Source: Gemmatimonadales bacterium
GTDB taxonomy: Bacteria > Gemmatimonadota > Gemmatimonadetes > Gemmatimonadales > GWC2-71-9
Assembly (NCBI GenBank): GCA_035699205.1
Contig: DASSBA010000222.1
Span: 33,988-97,987 of the forward strand
Length of the DNA: 64,000 bases
Reading direction: 5' to 3'
The position numbers and the translations under genes were made by a program. Below, one piece after another: positions 32,851 to 42,911 of this stretch. The notes under the pieces were generated by a model. That model saw nothing but the letters and a program-made list of their open reading frames with translations. It did not search any database and was not told the DNA's origin. Positions within the stretch are counted from its first letter, which is position 1. Each line of letters begins with the position of its first letter.

Positions 32851-34378
32851 CCTTCTTCCACCCGGGCAGGTAGGGCGGCGGGAGGAGCGCCGTCCGGCGC
32901 AGCAGCTCGAGGTGGGCGGCAATGATGTCCGCGAGCTGCTGCGCCGGACGCACGTGCACTTCGCGGAGGATCGCGGGGTGCTGTGCCGTGAGGACCAGGG
33001 CGCCGTGCACCCGTCCCGCCACCCGAAGCGGGACGATGAGGCGCGCCTCGCCGTGCACCAGCAGGAATGAATGCGGGAGCTCGCCCTGCAGCACCGCGGC
33101 GAGGGTCGTGCCGCCCACCGGCACCAGGGGCAGATCGGGAAGCGCCCGCCGCTCGCCGGGCTCCAGCAGCACGACGCGGTCCCCCTCACTCAGGCGGAGG
33201 GCGAAGTGCATCGCGTCGAACGGCAGGAACCGCGCGGCCAGGTCGGCCACCCGGAGGGTGGTTTCCGCGAACTCGGCGCCGGTGGCGAGCAGCTCGGCGG
33301 CGTCGAGCGCGTTGGGCGGCTCGGGTGCGGCCGGTGGTGGCGGGGCCGGCGCCGGCGGGGCCGACGACACCAGCACCGATACCTGGGCCGCGATGAGCCC
33401 GGCCACCCGAGCCAGCAGGGCCGCGTCCTCCTCGTCGTACAGGTCCGCGCTCACGCTGCCCGCGAGCAGGTAGGCGGTGAGCCCCCGCGGACCGCGCACC
33501 CGCGCCCCCACCACCGCCCGCAACTCCACCCCCGCGGGCTCCTGCGCCGTGAAGTAGCCGCGCGGCCAGCGCGACTCCTGGTACGTATCGGGGATGAGCG
33601 TCCTGTCGTCCTCCCCGAACAGCGCCTCGAGGTCGAGGTACTCCCGGCCGATCTCGATCGACGGGTCCGTCCAGAGGGGGCCGCCGGCGTGCTCACCCAG
33701 GCGGTACACCCGCGTACCCTCCGCGTCGGACAGGAGCAGCTCGAGCCCGTCGTGCGGCAGGAGCGGCTCGAGCGCCCGCCCCAGCTCGGCGACGTAGAGC
33801 TGCGGCGTACCCGCCTGCGTCCCGGCGAAGGCCACCGCGTCCACCAGCGCCGCGATGCGCGCCACCCGCGGCTCCGCGCCGCCGTTCGTGCTCCATTGGC
33901 GCGCCAGGCGTCCGAGCATCGGCGCCAGGCGCTGCGCCACCAGCTCGAGCGTCATGAGCTCGGCGTCGCCGTAGCGCGACGGTTCGAGATCGGCCGCGAG
34001 CAGCAGGCCGACATCGCGCCGGCCCGAGCGGATCGGAACGCCGGCTACCGAGCGGTAACCGGCCCGGCGGATGGTGGCTTCGAGTATCGCCAGTTGTCCG
34101 GGCTGTACTTGCGGGGTGGGGAGCGGCACCACCAGGCTGTCCTGCGCCAGCGCCTCGGGACCGAGCAGAACCGCCCCGCCATCCATCGGATAAAGCCACA
34201 GTCCCAGCAGGTCGATCGGGATATCGGCCGCGAGCGCGTTCGAGAGTGCCGCGTGCCAGGTGGCGAGGGCCTCCGGGTCGCTCAACGCCTGCTCGACCCG
34301 CAGCAGCGGGACGAGCGGCTCCCCGCGTGAAGCGGGGTCGCCTTCCTCAGGGGGATGGGAAGGATCGCCGGACGACAT
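32843..34378 (-). CDS. multi-GAF-domain protein without recognisable output domain
   Basis: 511 aa. About three repeats of a GAF-like pattern (...VPLxxxGRxxGxLxL...). No kinase, HTH or cyclase motif was seen. Confidence 0.65.
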   Translation of the reverse strand: MSSGDPSHPPEEGDPASRGEPLVPLLRVEQALSDPEALATWHAALSNALAADIPIDLLGLWLYPMDGGAVLLGPEALAQDSLVVPLPTPQVQPGQLAILEATIRRAGYRSVAGVPIRSGRRDVGLLLAADLEPSRYGDAELMTLELVAQRLAPMLGRLARQWSTNGGAEPRVARIAALVDAVAFAGTQAGTPQLYVAELGRALEPLLPHDGLELLLSDAEGTRVYRLGEHAGGPLWTDPSIEIGREYLDLEALFGEDDRTLIPDTYQESRWPRGYFTAQEPAGVELRAVVGARVRGPRGLTAYLLAGSVSADLYDEEDAALLARVAGLIAAQVSVLVSSAPPAPAPPPPAAPEPPNALDAAELLATGAEFAETTLRVADLAARFLPFDAMHFALRLSEGDRVVLLEPGERRALPDLPLVPVGGTTLAAVLQGELPHSFLLVHGEARLIVPLRVAGRVHGALVLTAQHPAILREVHVRPAQQLADIIAAHLELLRRTALLPPPYLPGWKKVR

Positions 34379-34530
34379 GCCGACGCTCGAGGGCAGGAGG
34401 TATGCCGCCCCCGGGTGACGACCATCTCGTTCGTGTTCAGCGGCTTAGCTGCCGCGTCCGGCCACTGTGGCACGCACGCGCACCTCGCTCGTGGCGTCCT
34501 GCCCGGCGGAAGTGCAGAATTCGGCCACTC

Positions 34531-34560
34531 TTGACATACCCCCACCCCCTATGCTACATC
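34531..34560 (+). promoter_or_regulatory. candidate copper-operon promoter and C-tract operator
   Basis: Perfect TTGACA at 34531-34536. The overlapping element CATACCCCCACCCCCTATG (34535-34553) has inverted CATA/TATG ends. The -10 is ambiguous (TATGCT at 13-nt spacing or TACATC at 18-nt spacing). It lies about 35 nt upstream of the copZ SD. Confidence 0.4.
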
Positions 34561-34592
34561 CCCTGCTGTCACCGCGCCGATGGAGGCAAATC

Positions 34593-34802
34593 ATGCGGGA
34601 TCTCACGTTGCATATCGAAGGGATGAGCTGCAGCCACTGCCTGGACGCGGTGAGCCGCGCGCTCGTCGATCTCCCGGGAGTCGAGATCGAGTCGCTGAGG
34701 ATCGGCCGTGCGGACCTCCGGTACGACGAGCGCGCCCTCGAGCCGTCGAGCATCGAGGCCGCGGTCACCGGTGCCGGGTACCCGGCCAGAGCCGCACCAT
34801 GA
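34593..34802 (+). CDS. copZ: heavy-metal-associated (HMA) copper chaperone
   Basis: ATG 34593 after GGAGG. 69 aa with GMSCSHC (MxCxxC). Confidence 0.8.
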   Translation: MRDLTLHIEGMSCSHCLDAVSRALVDLPGVEIESLRIGRADLRYDERALEPSSIEAAVTGAGYPARAAP

Positions 34803-35185
34803 CAGCCGCACAGGTGATCGTGACCGTGCTCGGTCTCGCCGCCGTGGCCTGGGTGAACTGGTACTTCTTCCTCGCGGGCCGCGGCGCCGCCGCGGTGGCG
34901 GCGAGCGATGGGTCGGGTCCGCAGCGGGTGCGTGTCGAGGTGAAGGGCGGCTATTCGCCCGCGGTCGTGCGGGTTCAGGCCGACCGGCCGGTGCGGCTGG
35001 AATTCCATCGCGACGAGACCGGCAGCTGCACCGAGGAGGTCGTGCTGCCGGACTTCGGCATCCGCGCTTTTCTGCCGGCGCACCGCACTACGCCGGTCAG
35101 CTTCACGCCCGCGGAGGGTAGCTACGAATTCACCTGCGGGATGGGGATGGTGCGCGGGAAGATCATCGCGGAGAGGGCCCGGTGA
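34799..35185 (+). CDS. membrane-anchored cupredoxin-like domain protein
   Basis: ATG 34799 in an ATGA overlap. N-terminal TM helix, then a ~100 aa beta domain ending FTCGMGM, as seen in proteins encoded beside copA. Confidence 0.65.
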   Translation: MTAAQVIVTVLGLAAVAWVNWYFFLAGRGAAAVAASDGSGPQRVRVEVKGGYSPAVVRVQADRPVRLEFHRDETGSCTEEVVLPDFGIRAFLPAHRTTPVSFTPAEGSYEFTCGMGMVRGKIIAERAR

Positions 35186-37437
35186 CCGACTCGTGCACCA
35201 TCCCCGTGACGGGCATGACCTGCGCCGCCTGCAGCGGGCGGGTCCAGCGGACGCTGGAGAAGACGCCGGGCGTGGCTGAGGCCAGCGTGAACCTGATGAC
35301 GGGGGCGGCCACCGTGGCCTACGATCCGGTCGTCACGACGCCCGAGCGGCTGGTGGACTCGATCCGCTCCACCGGCTACGGCGCCGAGCTGCCGCTCCCC
35401 GGGGAATCGGGCGAGGAGCTGCTGGACGCGCGTGATGCCGCGCGCGCCGAAGAAGTGCGGGAGCTCCGGCGCAAGTTCGCCGTCAGCGCCGCTTCGGCGG
35501 TCATCTCGATGCTGTTCGGCACGCTGCACCAGACCATGTCCTCGGGCGCCAGATATCTGCTGCTCGCGCTGACGCTCCCCGTGGTCGGGTGGGCCGGTCG
35601 CCACTTCTATACCCGGGCGTGGGCGGCGTTCCGTCACCACGGCGCCGACATGAACACGCTGATCGCGGTCGGCACGGGCGCCGCGTTCCTCTTCAGCGCG
35701 GCGGTCACGCTGTTCGACCGGTGGTTCATGGCACACGGCGTGGAGCCGCACGTCTACTACGAGGCGGTGATCTGGATCATCGCCCTGGTGCTGCTCGGGA
35801 ACCTGCTGGAAGCCCGCGCCAAGGGTCACACGTCCGGCGCCCTTCGCCGGCTGATCGGACTCCGTCCCGCCACCGCGCGGGTGCTGCGCCAGGGACGCGA
35901 GGAGGACGTCCCGCTCGCGGCGCTCCGCCCTGGCGACGAGGTGGTCGTCCGGCCGGGTGAGACGGTCCCCGCGGACGGCACCATCCTCGACGGCGCCAGC
36001 AACGTGGACGAATCGATGCTCACCGGCGAGCCGATTCCGGTTGCCAAGCGCGCGGGGGACCCGGTCATCGGTGCCACCCTCAACCGAAACGGCGCCTTCC
36101 GCTTCCGCGTGGAGCGGGTAGGGCGCGACACGGTGCTCTCGCGCATCATCCGCCTGGTGCAGCAGGCGCAGGGCACGCGCGCGCCCATCCAGCGGCTCGC
36201 CGACCGGATCTCGGCGGTGTTCGTGCCGGTCGTGCTCTCGATCGCCATCCTCACCTTCGTCGTCTGGTTCGACCTGGGCCCGGCCCCGGCCTACCTCCAC
36301 GCGCTCGTCTCGGCGGTGACGGTGCTGATCATCGCCTGCCCCTGCGCCATGGGGCTCGCGGTGCCGACGGCGGTCATGGTGTCGACCGGCCGCGGAGCCG
36401 AGCTGGGCGTGCTCATCAAGGGAGGTGAGGCGCTGGAGCGGAGCCAGGCGATCGACACCATCGTGTTCGACAAGACCGGCACGATCACCGAGGGCCGTCC
36501 CACGGTGCGGTCGGTGCAGCTCGCGCCCGATCCCGACGTCGCGGCGCTTTTCGATGACGAGCGGCTGCTGGCGCTGGCCGCCGCCGTCGAGCGCCTCAGC
36601 GAGCACCCGTTGGCCGAGGCCATCGTCGCCGAGGCCGAGCGGCGTGGCGCGGCTGTCCCGCGCGCCACCGGATTCGAGAGCCGGACCGGCCGCGGCGTCG
36701 TGGGACGGGTGGATGGGCGCGAAGTCGCGGTGGGGAACGCCGCGCTGCTTCGCGAGCTCGGTGTGGACCCGGCGCCGCTGGCCGGGCAGGCCGATGCGCT
36801 GGCGTCGCAGGGGCGCACGCCGATGCATGTGGCCGTCGCGGGCCGTCTGGCGGGACTCATCGCCGTCGCCGATCCGGTCAAGCCCGCCAGCCGCGCGGCC
36901 GTCGGCGAGCTCGGGCGCCTCGGGCTGGAGACGGTCATGCTGACGGGCGATAACCCGCGCACGGCCGCGAGCGTGGCCCGGGCGGTCGGTATCGGCCGCG
37001 TCGTGGCCGGAATCCCGCCCGAACGAAAGCTCGAGGAAATCCGGGCACTGCAGGCCGAGGGCAGGGTCGTGGCCATGGTGGGTGACGGCCTGAACGACGC
37101 CCCGGCGCTCGCGCAGGCGGACGTGGGGATCGCCATGGGCACCGGGACCGACGTGGCCATGGAAGCGGGGGCGATCACGCTCATGCGCGGCGACCCGCTC
37201 GGCGTCGTGACCGCGATCCGGCTTGCCCGGCGGACCATGCGGATCATCCGGCAGAACCTGTTCTGGGCCTTCGTGTACAACGTCATCGGGATCCCGATTG
37301 CCGCGGGCGTGCTCTACCCGGCGTTCGGCCTCCGGCTCACCCCGGCGATGGCGGCCGCCGCCATGGCCGTGAGCTCGGTGAGCGTCGTCTCCAACAGCCT
37401 GCGGCTCCGCCGCTTCACGCCGGAAGGACAGCCATGA
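35182..37437 (+). CDS. copA: copper-translocating P-type ATPase
   Basis: Contains [10 protein letters not shown] (HMA), the CPC motif ([10 protein letters not shown]), DKTGTIT, and GDGLNDAP. Confidence 0.95.
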   Translation: MTDSCTIPVTGMTCAACSGRVQRTLEKTPGVAEASVNLMTGAATVAYDPVVTTPERLVDSIRSTGYGAELPLPGESGEELLDARDAARAEEVRELRRKFAVSAASAVISMLFGTLHQTMSSGARYLLLALTLPVVGWAGRHFYTRAWAAFRHHGADMNTLIAVGTGAAFLFSAAVTLFDRWFMAHGVEPHVYYEAVIWIIALVLLGNLLEARAKGHTSGALRRLIGLRPATARVLRQGREEDVPLAALRPGDEVVVRPGETVPADGTILDGASNVDESMLTGEPIPVAKRAGDPVIGATLNRNGAFRFRVERVGRDTVLSRIIRLVQQAQGTRAPIQRLADRISAVFVPVVLSIAILTFVVWFDLGPAPAYLHALVSAVTVLIIACPCAMGLAVPTAVMVSTGRGAELGVLIKGGEALERSQAIDTIVFDKTGTITEGRPTVRSVQLAPDPDVAALFDDERLLALAAAVERLSEHPLAEAIVAEAERRGAAVPRATGFESRTGRGVVGRVDGREVAVGNAALLRELGVDPAPLAGQADALASQGRTPMHVAVAGRLAGLIAVADPVKPASRAAVGELGRLGLETVMLTGDNPRTAASVARAVGIGRVVAGIPPERKLEEIRALQAEGRVVAMVGDGLNDAPALAQADVGIAMGTGTDVAMEAGAITLMRGDPLGVVTAIRLARRTMRIIRQNLFWAFVYNVIGIPIAAGVLYPAFGLRLTPAMAAAAMAVSSVSVVSNSLRLRRFTPEGQP

Positions 37438-37775
37438 GCGAGCCCGTCGTCTCCTGCGCCTGCGGCGCCCGTCCAGGCGACGGCACCCACGCCGTGGCCG
37501 TCGACCCCGAGATCAAGCACGCCGTCCTCACCCGGCTTCGCCGGATCGAGGGTCAGATGCGCGGCCTGCAGAAGATGGTGGATGAGGAGCGCTACTGCGC
37601 CGACGTGCTGGCGCAGGTGTCGTCGGTGCAGGAAGCGCTCCGCGGCGTGAGCCGCTCGCTGCTGCATAATCATCTGAAACACTGCGCCAGCGAGGCCATC
37701 CGGTCGGCGGACCCGGAGCGCTCGGAGGCGATGTACCAGGAGTTGCTGGAGCTGGTGTTTCGGGCGAGCAGATGA
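37434..37775 (+). CDS. csoR: CsoR/RcnR-family metal-sensing repressor
   Basis: ATGA overlap with copA. Contains [22 protein letters not shown], and HLKHC (Cys-His-Cys ligand pattern). Confidence 0.85.
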   Translation: MSEPVVSCACGARPGDGTHAVAVDPEIKHAVLTRLRRIEGQMRGLQKMVDEERYCADVLAQVSSVQEALRGVSRSLLHNHLKHCASEAIRSADPERSEAMYQELLELVFRASR

Positions 37776-37776
37776 C

Positions 37777-38016
37777 GGAAGGGCAGAAAGGCGGAAGGAC
37801 GGAAAGGCGGAAGGACGGAAAGGCGGAAAGGCGGAAAGGCGGAAAGGTAGACAAGTAGACAGACAGAACGTCGCATGGTGCCGAGACGGTCATCCCGAGC
37901 GGAGCGAGGGATCTGGCCGGGCCGAGCTCGGACTCGGGAGAGTAGATCCCTCGCTCCGCTCGGGATGACAGACTGGCTCGGCACGTCCTTCCGCCTTTCC
38001 GTCTTTCCGCCCTTCC
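37777..38016. repeat. composite palindromic element (MITE/BIME-like)
   Basis: Left octamer/16-mer array GGAAAGGC(GGAAGGAC) at 37777-37848. Perfect 26-bp inverted repeat gtcatcccgagcggagcgagggatct (37889-37914 / 37944-37969) around a ccgagctcgg palindrome. Right inverted array gtccttccgcctttccgtctttccgcccttcc at 37985-38016. It fills the csoR/MFS convergent gap exactly. Confidence 0.8.
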
Positions 38017-39516
38017 CTATCTCTCCACCAGCTCCCGATGCATGTCCCTCCCCAGCGTCCGCATCGCCCCCAGCACGACGGCCCCCCCGATGATCACCAC
38101 TACCGGCAGCAGCAGGATGGCGCGGTCGAGCCCGAACCGGTCGCTCAGGCTGCCCACCAGCGGCAACGCGATCGCATCCCCGGCGAGGTGAATGAACAGC
38201 AGATAGGCGCCCGCCACCGTGGCGCTGATGCGCGGGGGCACGACGTCGAAGATCACGGCCGTCATCGGTCCGGTGTACCACGAGAGGCAGAAGAAGGCCA
38301 CCGCGAATACCGCCTGGAAGAGCGCGGGATCGCGGATGGTGAGAAGCCAGAGCGCCAGCGGCCCACCGAGCAGCAGCCCGAGCGCCACCACGATCACGCG
38401 CGCCGTTTCCCACCGCCGCCGGAGCCAGTCGGCGAGCACGCCGCCGAAGAGTGTGCCCGCGGTTCCCGAGATGAGCCCCCACTTGCCCAGCAGCCCCGCC
38501 GCTTCGGCGGAGCTCAGGTCGAGCTCGCGGGAGACGAACGTGGGCCCCCAGCCCACGATGCCGTTCAGGCCGAAGGAGATCATCGCCCCGGCGAGGAAGA
38601 CGTACACCAGCGTCGGCGTGTGCAGCACCGTGCGCCCCGCGCGGACGATTTCGTCGAACGCCCCGCTGATCCCGCTGCCGAACGAGGTATCCGCCGCCAC
38701 GTCCGCGGGCGTGCGCCGCACCCAGCGGAAGATCGTGAGCGCGAGCCCGAGTCCCAGGGCTCCGCTGAAGACCGCGAGATCCACGGTGGAACCGGCGCCG
38801 TACTGGCGGTCCAGCCAGTAGGCCGCCGTGCCGCCGAGGGCCATTGCCACGAGCAGCGGCCACAGGTTCCGCACCAGCGGCATGACGCCGATGCCGAAGT
38901 CGCGCAGGAACGACCGGACCGTGAGGCGCGCGGGGGTCCGCGTCGGGTCGATCAGCCGGGAGACGAGCACCGCGAGGATGAAGCCGGGTACGCCCACCGT
39001 CATGAACGCCACCCGCCATCCGTACACGCCCTCGAGGTGCCCGCCGAGCAGGAGTCCGAGCACGCCGCCGAGCGCGATGCCGGAGGAGAGGATCCCCATC
39101 GCCACCGCGCGGCCGCGGGCCGGGAAGTAGTCGGCCACGAGCGACGCCGCCGCGGGCCCGTAGGCTGCCTCGCCCACGCCGACAGCCGCGCGGCAGGTGA
39201 AGAGCTGCCCGAAGGAGTTCACGAGCCCGCTCAGGAACGTGAACGCGCTCCACACCGTCACCCCGCCCGCGATGACCGCGCGGCGCGAGCGCAGGTCGCT
39301 CAGCACGCCGAAGGGCAGCGCGGAGACCGAGAAAACGAAGATGTAGGCGGAACCCAGCCAGCCGAGCTGCGAGTCGGTCAGCGCGAGGTCGCGCTTGATC
39401 GGCTCGAACAGGGCGTAGATGACGTTCCGGTCGACGTAGTTGAGGAGGTTGATGAGGGCGAGCAGTCCGAGCGCATACCAGCTGTACGCCCGGCCAGGCG
39501 GTGCCGGTGGGGTCAC
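38017..39516 (-). CDS. MFS transporter
   Basis: 499 aa with about 12-14 TM helices. N-terminal [15 protein letters not shown] is typical of MFS. GTG start in a GTGA overlap with the upstream gene. Confidence 0.85.
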   Translation of the reverse strand: MTPPAPPGRAYSWYALGLLALINLLNYVDRNVIYALFEPIKRDLALTDSQLGWLGSAYIFVFSVSALPFGVLSDLRSRRAVIAGGVTVWSAFTFLSGLVNSFGQLFTCRAAVGVGEAAYGPAAASLVADYFPARGRAVAMGILSSGIALGGVLGLLLGGHLEGVYGWRVAFMTVGVPGFILAVLVSRLIDPTRTPARLTVRSFLRDFGIGVMPLVRNLWPLLVAMALGGTAAYWLDRQYGAGSTVDLAVFSGALGLGLALTIFRWVRRTPADVAADTSFGSGISGAFDEIVRAGRTVLHTPTLVYVFLAGAMISFGLNGIVGWGPTFVSRELDLSSAEAAGLLGKWGLISGTAGTLFGGVLADWLRRRWETARVIVVALGLLLGGPLALWLLTIRDPALFQAVFAVAFFCLSWYTGPMTAVIFDVVPPRISATVAGAYLLFIHLAGDAIALPLVGSLSDRFGLDRAILLLPVVVIIGGAVVLGAMRTLGRDMHRELVER

Positions 39517-40688
39517 CGGCGCGCCGCCGTCTCGGTTCCCCCGGCGCCCGGGTGCATGTGGGCCAGCGACTCCTCCGCGCGCTCGTCGCGGAAGGCGAGG
39601 GCCGCCTTGTACTCCTGCACCAGCCGGTCCATCATCGCCTGGCGCTTCCCATATAGGCGCTTGAGCGGGCGCGCAGCGTGCCGCTCCATGGCGTACGCCG
39701 TGAGCAGCGGCAGCGCGATCGAGTTGTCGGTGTACACGACCACCGTGCCCGGGAGCTGGTCGGGATCGATCTTGCCCCAGCTCACCGCCTCCGCGGGCGT
39801 GGCGCCGCTGAGGCCGCCCGTGTCGGGGCGTGCGTCGGTCATCTGGAGGAAGTAGTCGTGGCCGCGTTCGTCGATCCCCAGCACCTCCTGGATCTGGGGC
39901 TCGGTTTGCAGCATGAAGTTCTTGGGGCTCCCTCCGCCCACGATCAGCACCCCGCTCTTCCCGCCGGTACGCTTGGCCTCGAGTACGATGCTCGCCGTCT
40001 CGTTCACGTCGGCGCTGACGTCGAACCGGAGCTTGCTGCCGGCCAGCGCCTGCTCGGCCACGTTCATCCCGATCGAGCTGTCGCCCGGAGAGCTGGTGTA
40101 GAGCGGCACCTCGAGCTCGTGCGCCGCCGCCAGGACCGAGCGGCGCGAAAGGCCGAGGGCCCGCTCGCGCTCGCGTACGTAGCCGCCGAGGAGGTGATGG
40201 TACTCGGCCGAGCTCATGGGGCGCTGGAACTCGGGCCGGGCGGAGACTTCCCGGATGAACGCGTCGGTCGAGAGCAGCACGCTGTAGTCGAAGAAGATGT
40301 CGTAGATGCGGACCACACCTTTGTCGCGGAGCTCCACGTCGTCTGCGGTCGGTGTGCCGCGATGCATCGCCAGCCCGAGAGCGAAGTGCGCGTCGTGGTA
40401 GAGATTGGCCCCCGTCGAGATGACCCAGTCCACGAATCCCGCCTCCATGAGCGGGATGAGGCAGCTCATGCCCAGCCCGGCGGGTGTCATCGCGCCGGTG
40501 AGGGTCATTCCCACCGTGGTGTCCGGCTCGAGCATCCGCCGGGTGAAGAGCTGACAGCCTTCGCGGAGCCGGCCGGCGTTATAGGCCAGGAACGCGTCGT
40601 CGATCAGCGCGGCCGCCGTTTCGCCGCCCGCGATGGGCCTGGGCTCGATGCGCTGGCCGCGCAGAAACTGGTCCGAGGGTCTGGTCAT
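39513..40688 (-). CDS. deoxyhypusine synthase-family protein (bacterial DHS-like)
   Basis: 391 aa. Full-length DHS-like pattern ([47 protein letters not shown]...EAVSWGK). Confidence 0.85.
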   Translation of the reverse strand: MTRPSDQFLRGQRIEPRPIAGGETAAALIDDAFLAYNAGRLREGCQLFTRRMLEPDTTVGMTLTGAMTPAGLGMSCLIPLMEAGFVDWVISTGANLYHDAHFALGLAMHRGTPTADDVELRDKGVVRIYDIFFDYSVLLSTDAFIREVSARPEFQRPMSSAEYHHLLGGYVRERERALGLSRRSVLAAAHELEVPLYTSSPGDSSIGMNVAEQALAGSKLRFDVSADVNETASIVLEAKRTGGKSGVLIVGGGSPKNFMLQTEPQIQEVLGIDERGHDYFLQMTDARPDTGGLSGATPAEAVSWGKIDPDQLPGTVVVYTDNSIALPLLTAYAMERHAARPLKRLYGKRQAMMDRLVQEYKAALAFRDERAEESLAHMHPGAGGTETAARR

Positions 40689-40692
40689 CTGG

Positions 40693-41448
40693 TCATCCCA
40701 TGATGCGGGCGGCCGCGTCTTCGGGCTTCGCCGCGCGCGCCTCGATGACGATCCGTGCCGCCTCGGCCGGATCGTCGGTGACGCGGAACAGCAGCAGGTC
40801 CGTCGGGTTGATCTTGCGCTCCTCGGCCACCGTGCGGGTGAGCCACTCCACCAGCCCGGCCCAGTATGCGCTGCCGAATAATATCACCGGGAAATGCTTC
40901 ACCTTGCCGGTCTGGATCAGCGTGAGCGCCTCGAACAGTTCGTCGAGCGTGCCGTAACCGCCGGGGAAGACGATGAACGCGGTGGCGTACTTCACGAACA
41001 TCGTCTTCCGCACGAAGAAGAACTTGAAGTTGAGGCTGCGGCTGAGGTACGCGTTGGACCCCTGCTCGAACGGCAGCTCGATGTTGCATCCGATCGAGAG
41101 CCCGCCGCCTTCCTTCGCACCTCGGTTGGCCGCCTCCATGATGCCGGGCCCGCCGCCGGTGATGACCGGAATGCCGGCCTGCGCCAGGAGCATCGTCGTC
41201 TGCACGGCCTTCACGTACAACGGGTCCATCGGCGTGGTGCGGGCGGAGCCGAACACCGTCACCCCTTCGTACACGTCGGCCAGGTGATCGAATCCCCAGA
41301 CGAATTCGCCCATGATGCGGAGTACCCGCCACGAATCCGACTTCTGAAACAGCTGCTCCGGGCGCTGCGGCGACGGGCTCTCCAGCAGCTGCTCGTCCTC
41401 GGTGGGGAGCTTGTTATCGTCGAGCCGGCGGTAGGGGCTATTGGTCAC
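40693..41448 (-). CDS. LOG / TIGR00730 family Rossmann-fold protein (formerly annotated lysine decarboxylase-like)
   Basis: Contains GGGPGIMEA and PGGYGTLDE motifs. GTG 41448 overlaps the upstream gene by 11 nt. Confidence 0.85.
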   Translation of the reverse strand: MTNSPYRRLDDNKLPTEDEQLLESPSPQRPEQLFQKSDSWRVLRIMGEFVWGFDHLADVYEGVTVFGSARTTPMDPLYVKAVQTTMLLAQAGIPVITGGGPGIMEAANRGAKEGGGLSIGCNIELPFEQGSNAYLSRSLNFKFFFVRKTMFVKYATAFIVFPGGYGTLDELFEALTLIQTGKVKHFPVILFGSAYWAGLVEWLTRTVAEERKINPTDLLLFRVTDDPAEAARIVIEARAAKPEDAAARIMG

Positions 41449-42586
41449 GGGTGAGTCGCTCGATGGCCGCCCGGTGGTCGTCCGGGACATTGTAGAAGTA
41501 AGGGGAGATCCGCACGTGGCCGGGTCGGCTGTCGGCCACGATGCCGGCGGCGGCCAGGCGGCGGACGGCCGCCGCCGGATCGGCATTCGGCAGCATGACG
41601 ATGCCGGTGCGGCGATCGGGCTCCGCGGCGACCCGGGGCCGGAGGCCCGCCGCACGGGCCTGCTCGATCAGGTCCTCGGCCAGCGCCATGGTCCGGCGGC
41701 GGAGTTCCAGGTCACCCAGTTCTTCGAGCAGTTCGAGCCCGCCGAGCTGGGCGTAAACCGGCATGAGCGGTGGGGTGCCGGCTTCGAGCCGGCGCGCGTC
41801 GTCGTGGAGCTGGAGCGACCGGGGGTCGAAGCGGAACTGGTCCCGGTGCGCAAACCAGCCGCTCGCCCTCGGCGCGAGGGTGGGCAGCAGCTCGGGGCGC
41901 GCGTACATGAACGCCACCCCGGCGCCGCCGAGCAGCCACTTGAGGCCGCCGCTGCAGTAGAAGTCCACATCGAGCGCCCGTACGTCCACCGGGAGCTGGC
42001 CGGCGGCCTGGTAGCCGTCCACGAGGAGCAGCGCGCCGCGCCGGTGTGCCGCCTCGGCCACAGCGTGCACGTCCTGGATGGCCCCGGTGGCGTACCAGAC
42101 GTGACTGGTGGCGACGAGGGCGGTCCGGTCGTCCACCGCGCGGGTAATCGCCTCGACGGGCAGCGAGATCCCGTCGGGACTCTCCACCATCACCAGCTCG
42201 ATCCCCTCGCCCGCCCGCGCCAGCCACTGGTACGCGACAGTGGGAAAATCGAGGCTCGTCACGACCACCTTGGGCCGGCGGCGATAGTCGAGCGATTCGG
42301 CCACCGCCGCGAGGGCCGACGAAATGCTGGAATGCAGCGCGACCGAGCCCTCCGGTGCCCCGATCCAGCGCGCGTAGCGCGACCGCAGTTCGGCCAGCGC
42401 CGCCCACCATACGTCATACCACGCCGCGGCCCCGCGGGTCTCCCAGGCATCGAGGTACTGGTTGACCCGGGCGCGCGAGCGCGACGACAGCGGCCCGAGG
42501 GAGCAGCTGTTGAGATAGATGGCCTGGCGGAAAATCGGGAATTCCGCCCGATAGTCCCGGGGCGGCGCCGGGGCGGCGACGGGCAT
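41438..42586 (-). CDS. aminotransferase class V-fold PLP-dependent enzyme
   Basis: ATG 42586. Contains YLNSCSLGP and CSGGLKWLLGG (putative PLP lysine). Cysteine-desulfurase/kynureninase-like fold; subfamily not resolved. Confidence 0.8.
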   Translation of the reverse strand: MPVAAPAPPRDYRAEFPIFRQAIYLNSCSLGPLSSRSRARVNQYLDAWETRGAAAWYDVWWAALAELRSRYARWIGAPEGSVALHSSISSALAAVAESLDYRRRPKVVVTSLDFPTVAYQWLARAGEGIELVMVESPDGISLPVEAITRAVDDRTALVATSHVWYATGAIQDVHAVAEAAHRRGALLLVDGYQAAGQLPVDVRALDVDFYCSGGLKWLLGGAGVAFMYARPELLPTLAPRASGWFAHRDQFRFDPRSLQLHDDARRLEAGTPPLMPVYAQLGGLELLEELGDLELRRRTMALAEDLIEQARAAGLRPRVAAEPDRRTGIVMLPNADPAAAVRRLAAAGIVADSRPGHVRISPYFYNVPDDHRAAIERLTRDQ

Positions 42587-42654
42587 GGTGGACAATATAG
42601 GTGGGCCGCGGGCCGCGCTACGCTCGGGATGAGGGTGTGCATATACTTCGGCCC

Positions 42655-42909
42655 ATGTCATGGCCCTCCCTCGCGCTCCGGCTGTTCGGCCGCGGTCTCG
42701 TCAACCCGCGCCTGGGAATGGATCTGCTCAGGACCGCCTGGGCGTTCCGCCGCCGCGCCTGGTGGTCCCGCCGGCCGTTCCTGCCGCTCCCCGATCGGGA
42801 GTACCTGCGGTGGCGGATGTACACGGCCTACGCCGACGAATCCGCCGTGCCGCCGGCCGGTGATGTCATCCGCTTCGCGCGGTGGCGCCGAGAGACGATG
42901 GGGCTCTGA
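42655..42909 (+). CDS. hypothetical small Arg/Trp-rich protein
   Basis: ATG 42655, 84 aa. Its stop lies 2 nt before the ndh ATG. No family recognised. Confidence 0.4.
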   Translation: MSWPSLALRLFGRGLVNPRLGMDLLRTAWAFRRRAWWSRRPFLPLPDREYLRWRMYTAYADESAVPPAGDVIRFARWRRETMGL

Positions 42910-42911
42910 CG

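Noticed and set aside
37777-37848. The tandem GGAAAGGC repeats considered as a possible CRISPR array.
   Set aside because: The units are only 8-16 nt and directly abut with no unique spacers. No cas genes are present. The array is mirrored by an inverted copy at 37985-38016, which fits a palindromic intergenic element.
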